From Nemertoderma westbladi (Eukaryota; Animalia; Xenacoelomorpha), in contig JAUCBJ010006225.1 in NCBI GenBank assembly GCA_032718475.1, positions 1-37,702 on the forward strand: DNA of 37,702 nt, given 5' to 3'. The number at the start of each line of letters is the position of its first letter. Positions within the stretch are counted from its first letter, which is position 1. Shown here piece after piece: positions 34,291-37,702 of the stretch. Below the pieces are notes generated by a model, which was given only the letters and a program-made list of their open reading frames with translations, had not been told where the DNA came from and did not search any database. The position numbers were made by a program, and so were the translations under genes.

Positions 34291-35547
34291 GTTAGCGCGC
34301 CGGAATACATATTCCTCGTGTCCAGTTTAGCTGGAGAACGTCGGTTTATATCGGCGGTTGCTAAGCGACTGGAAAGCCTCGGGGCGCTGACTCACGGAGA
34401 CCGTCGTGCAACCGAGACGCGGGACCTCAGCCAGTTCAATATAGACCACCGGTTCGGGCGGGTTGCCCTGGAGACCATAATGCGTAGCATAGCGACGGGC
34501 ACCGGCGCCGTCGTGACGCCCCCCTCCGACTATAAAGGGAACTTCTATTCGGATATGCGTCGCTCGCTGGTCGGGATCGGGTTGATGCATCGCGTTTCCG
34601 TCGGGAGCCACACGGTGGCGCTCGATAAAGAGGCCTTCGATATGGTCAAGTTCCTAAACCGATTGCTCGGAATTCGGGTGGCGCAGCAGAACGCGTTGTT
34701 CCGATTCTTCTCGGATACGTTGGAGAAACTAATTCGCGACGCGAAGCAGTCGGGGACCTTCGACCAGGGAATAGCGGACATTGGTCGGAGTGGGGAGCGA
34801 GTGTCTACGGTGGAGCGGCGGGAGTTTGTGGTGCGACAGGCCAACGGGAACGCCGTCTGCGTGTCGTTGCACACCCTGAGCGCGGAGCGAGGGGTGTCCT
34901 GGCAACAGGCGCTCGAGAAGTACCGCGAGTGGGGGACCAATAGGGAGCCGGAGGAGGGGTTCTATCTGTCCAATCAGAAGCGGTTCCGCAGGTCTGCCGT
35001 GTTGGTGGAGCGGCGACGGGGAAATTCGTCGTCTCGGGGGAAAACCTTCACGGTTTGTAAACCCAATATGGGTTGCCAACTGAGGGGCGAGACTTTGGAG
35101 AATATAAGGGGGAAGTATGACGGGGTGGGGGGTGTTGATGGGGTGAGGTTGGATGAGGTTCGGGAGGTCTGGACTGCGCAGTACGAGGCCTCCGGTACGG
35201 AATGCGTTCATCGGTGGTCCCGCGGCCGTTGCAGGCGCCCGGGCTGCGACGTGGGGCTCAGACGTCGCAACTTCCACGTGCTCACCGGCGCGGTGCTGAG
35301 TCTGTGGCCCAGCATGGAGCAGGGCGTGGTGGGCGCGCGGTTGCAGGTCGTCCGTTTGTGGACGCACCAAGGGGAGCGGGTCGTCGGCATCCTGGTGCCT
35401 GGGGGGCGGGTCGGGAGACTGGTCAGTCAGCTGACTGCGGACTCATTGGGGAGGGATAGTGGGAGGGGCGCGGTTGGGGACGTTGGGTCAGCCCAGTCAC
35501 AAACTGTCGGCAACGAGTCTGGAACCCAATTAATTGCCTTTAATTAA
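34291..35547 (+). CDS. SBNO1: Strawberry notch homolog, coding exon 3
   Basis: Reads VSAPEYIFLVSSLAGERRFISAVAKRLESLGALTHGDRRATETRDLSQFN, KFLNRLLG, ERGVSW, ECVHRWSRGRC...CDVGLRRR..HVLTGAVLSLW and LQVVRL...ERVVGILVP, then TAA at 35545-35547. Confidence 0.93.
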   Translation, partial: VSAPEYIFLVSSLAGERRFISAVAKRLESLGALTHGDRRATETRDLSQFNIDHRFGRVALETIMRSIATGTGAVVTPPSDYKGNFYSDMRRSLVGIGLMHRVSVGSHTVALDKEAFDMVKFLNRLLGIRVAQQNALFRFFSDTLEKLIRDAKQSGTFDQGIADIGRSGERVSTVERREFVVRQANGNAVCVSLHTLSAERGVSWQQALEKYREWGTNREPEEGFYLSNQKRFRRSAVLVERRRGNSSSRGKTFTVCKPNMGCQLRGETLENIRGKYDGVGGVDGVRLDEVREVWTAQYEASGTECVHRWSRGRCRRPGCDVGLRRRNFHVLTGAVLSLWPSMEQGVVGARLQVVRLWTHQGERVVGILVPGGRVGRLVSQLTADSLGRDSGRGAVGDVGSAQSQTVGNESGTQLIAFN

Positions 35548-37702
35548 TTAATTTGTTAACTTCGTTAAATGTTTGTCTAAGTATCCGTTTTATTTCCTGG
35601 CCATTATTGTTGATTGGGTTTAATATTAATTAAATATAAATAATTATTAATATTTAAAATAACTAAGAAATATTTGAGGATGACAACGTTTAAATATTAT
35701 ACGTCTACGCCACCGTAATTCACGAAGTATTACGATGCGATCGGTTTCGTATTTAGTTATTTAGTAATCTGTATTATTTTACCCAGAATATCTTTACAAT
35801 TAAATCTGTTCAGCTTCAGATTGTTATTCAATTAGTAATCATACAAAAATACAGTGATATGTTGTTAATACGATGTACCGTATTCTTTATATTGTACCGG
35901 TAGATAAGAAACCGCGATGTTTGTTTGATCTTATTTAATGAGTTTGATGGCTGATGCAACTATAATTACCGCTTCGAATTAATTGTCTTTTGTAGTGAAT
36001 AAGTAATAATTAATTAGTTGTATTTGTATATAAATGTTTATTATTTTTGTATTAAAAGTTGCAACACTTTGTCTAATTATTGTAGCTCTTATTTTCAATT
36101 ATCCATTCCATTGAAATTAATGTAGTTGTGCAATTTTGGATTTTTTTGCTGTTCGGTAGCAAACAAGTGCGGCTATAGAAATTTAGGACATAATTCCAAA
36201 GCAATTATTATAAAGTACAAATTAACCGACAAGATTTACTACATAAAAAATAAAGCATTTTGGGGGTGGGGATAAAGTGTTTGGAGAGAGATATACACAA
36301 GTGAACGGAATATTAGCGTGATCTGCTGGTTCAATAGTCTGTGACGTCAGTTGAGGACCGGTCAAAAGTCAAGACAGACTTTTTTTAAGAATCTCAAATT
36401 AAGACATTTAGGAATAACATCAAAATTCCCCGCTGGCTGAAATTCACAAAAAATGGCCAAATTTAATTGAAATTTTGAAACGATATTTTACTTGAAAGCT
36501 CCTTTCCCTTCAAGTTGAATTCAACTGTAGTATGTTCTCATAGTAACCAATCAGATAGGCGTATTCCCAAGAGGTAGGTGAGCAACCCCCCCCCCCCCCC
36601 CCCCCCCGTGATCCGATCTTTCTCTTCACTTTGTTCATAATATTTTCTTAGAAATTTCTTTTAGGCTACTTTTATTAGGTCGATATGATGACTATAGGGT
36701 TCATAGTATTGTAATAAAATGTCTTTCTAGAATTTTATATTGTTGTTGCCAACGTAACCGGGTGCAAAGTTGAAATTTTGAGCGCCTGTAATTCAAGACG
36801 GCGAAAGTTTCTAATTGTAATATTTAGAAAGTCTGTTAAAGGGAATAAAAGTCTTATCAAAATACTTGATATAAATGTGTTCACAATCCCGTTTCCATTA
36901 ATTTGCCATTATGACTTCATGCTGAAATCGGGTTACTATTTATATATTGATTGTATTATTTGCAACTGACATGTCTGGATCATGTCCTTTGTTTCTAATA
37001 ATTGTAAACCGAAATTTAATATTCTGACTCTCTGATTGGACAATTTTGTTTATCGGCACAGATTGAACTTTATAAGTGTGAATATATTATATAATGTTAT
37101 ATAATGTGATAGGCCTACACTAATTAAGATTTATAAAAAAAAAATTTGGCAAATTTAACTTACTATTTTTAGACAAACCTAATAAAATGGTGTTTTATTG
37201 AATTGGTAAACAATTATTCAAATTGTTTCATTATACTTAGTATTAGTACCATGGCAATGGGAATGTAAACAAATTAAAATGTAAAATATTTTTATATAAT
37301 TTTATTCCATTTACTCACCTATCAAATCTCAAGAGATAGTCATTCGTCGTATTGGATTACAGGCACGCAATGTGTGGGATATAACAAAATGTTTCAGAAT
37401 AATAATGTATTTATTAAATAGAATAAATTAGCCTTACGCAGATACAAAACCATGCAACTTTTCACCGCTTATGGCTCGTATCTATCTCTCAGGCACAGCG
37501 ATGAAATTCAGATTGTGATACATATTTGGAATCTTTCCATCAGTACCAACAAATCACGATATGGTTAAAGTATAGCTTCAGAGCAACACGAGAAATATCG
37601 CCGGAGACAACTCTCTCAAACGCTTGTAGCTAAAGAATGAAAATAACAATTCTGGCTCACCCAGCAAGGAGGAGGGTTGTGAAAATTTTTGTTTCAAATT
37701 TC

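Noticed and set aside
30404-35459. Antisense and alternate-frame ORFs overlapping SBNO exons (and similarly CEP112 and SLC18B1)
   Set aside because: Expected shadow ORFs of GC-rich coding sequence, with no independent motifs.
37311-37702. Minus-strand exons suggested by donor-like AG|GTGAGT (~37318) and GC|GTAAGG (~37437)
   Set aside because: The frames I examined contain stops and no recognisable protein; truncated by the window edge.

Overview
AT-rich eukaryotic (most likely invertebrate animal) genomic DNA; there is no sign of prokaryotic organisation. Four host genes, all on the + strand, are strikingly intron-poor: intronless CEP112 (2003-4672), intronless SLC18B1-type MFS transporter (10640-12049), a 13-finger C2H2 zinc-finger gene whose only coding intron appears to be 36 nt (19669-21123), and a 3-exon strawberry notch/SBNO gene (28570-35547, ~1312 aa) with a probable GC-AG first intron. 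The intergenic DNA is full of decayed mobile elements: three RTE-type LINE fragments, a CR1-like LINE 5' half nested in a KDZ/Zisupton (HMGXB3-like) transposase relic, a 1.8-kb TIR element with an 8-bp target-site duplication, several MITE/foldback-like palindromes and a 53-bp satellite. The most unusual object is the ~2.1-kb 39/40-bp minisatellite filling SBNO intron 2. Each unit carries a nuclear-receptor IR-1 palindrome (AGGTCA-n-TGACCT; ~34 perfect copies by manual count). Each unit also reads as a back-to-back GT...polypyrimidine-CAG mini-intron (~49 CAG|GT junctions), with the palindrome lying across the junction. All homology calls come from recalled family motifs, not database searches; counts are by eye.
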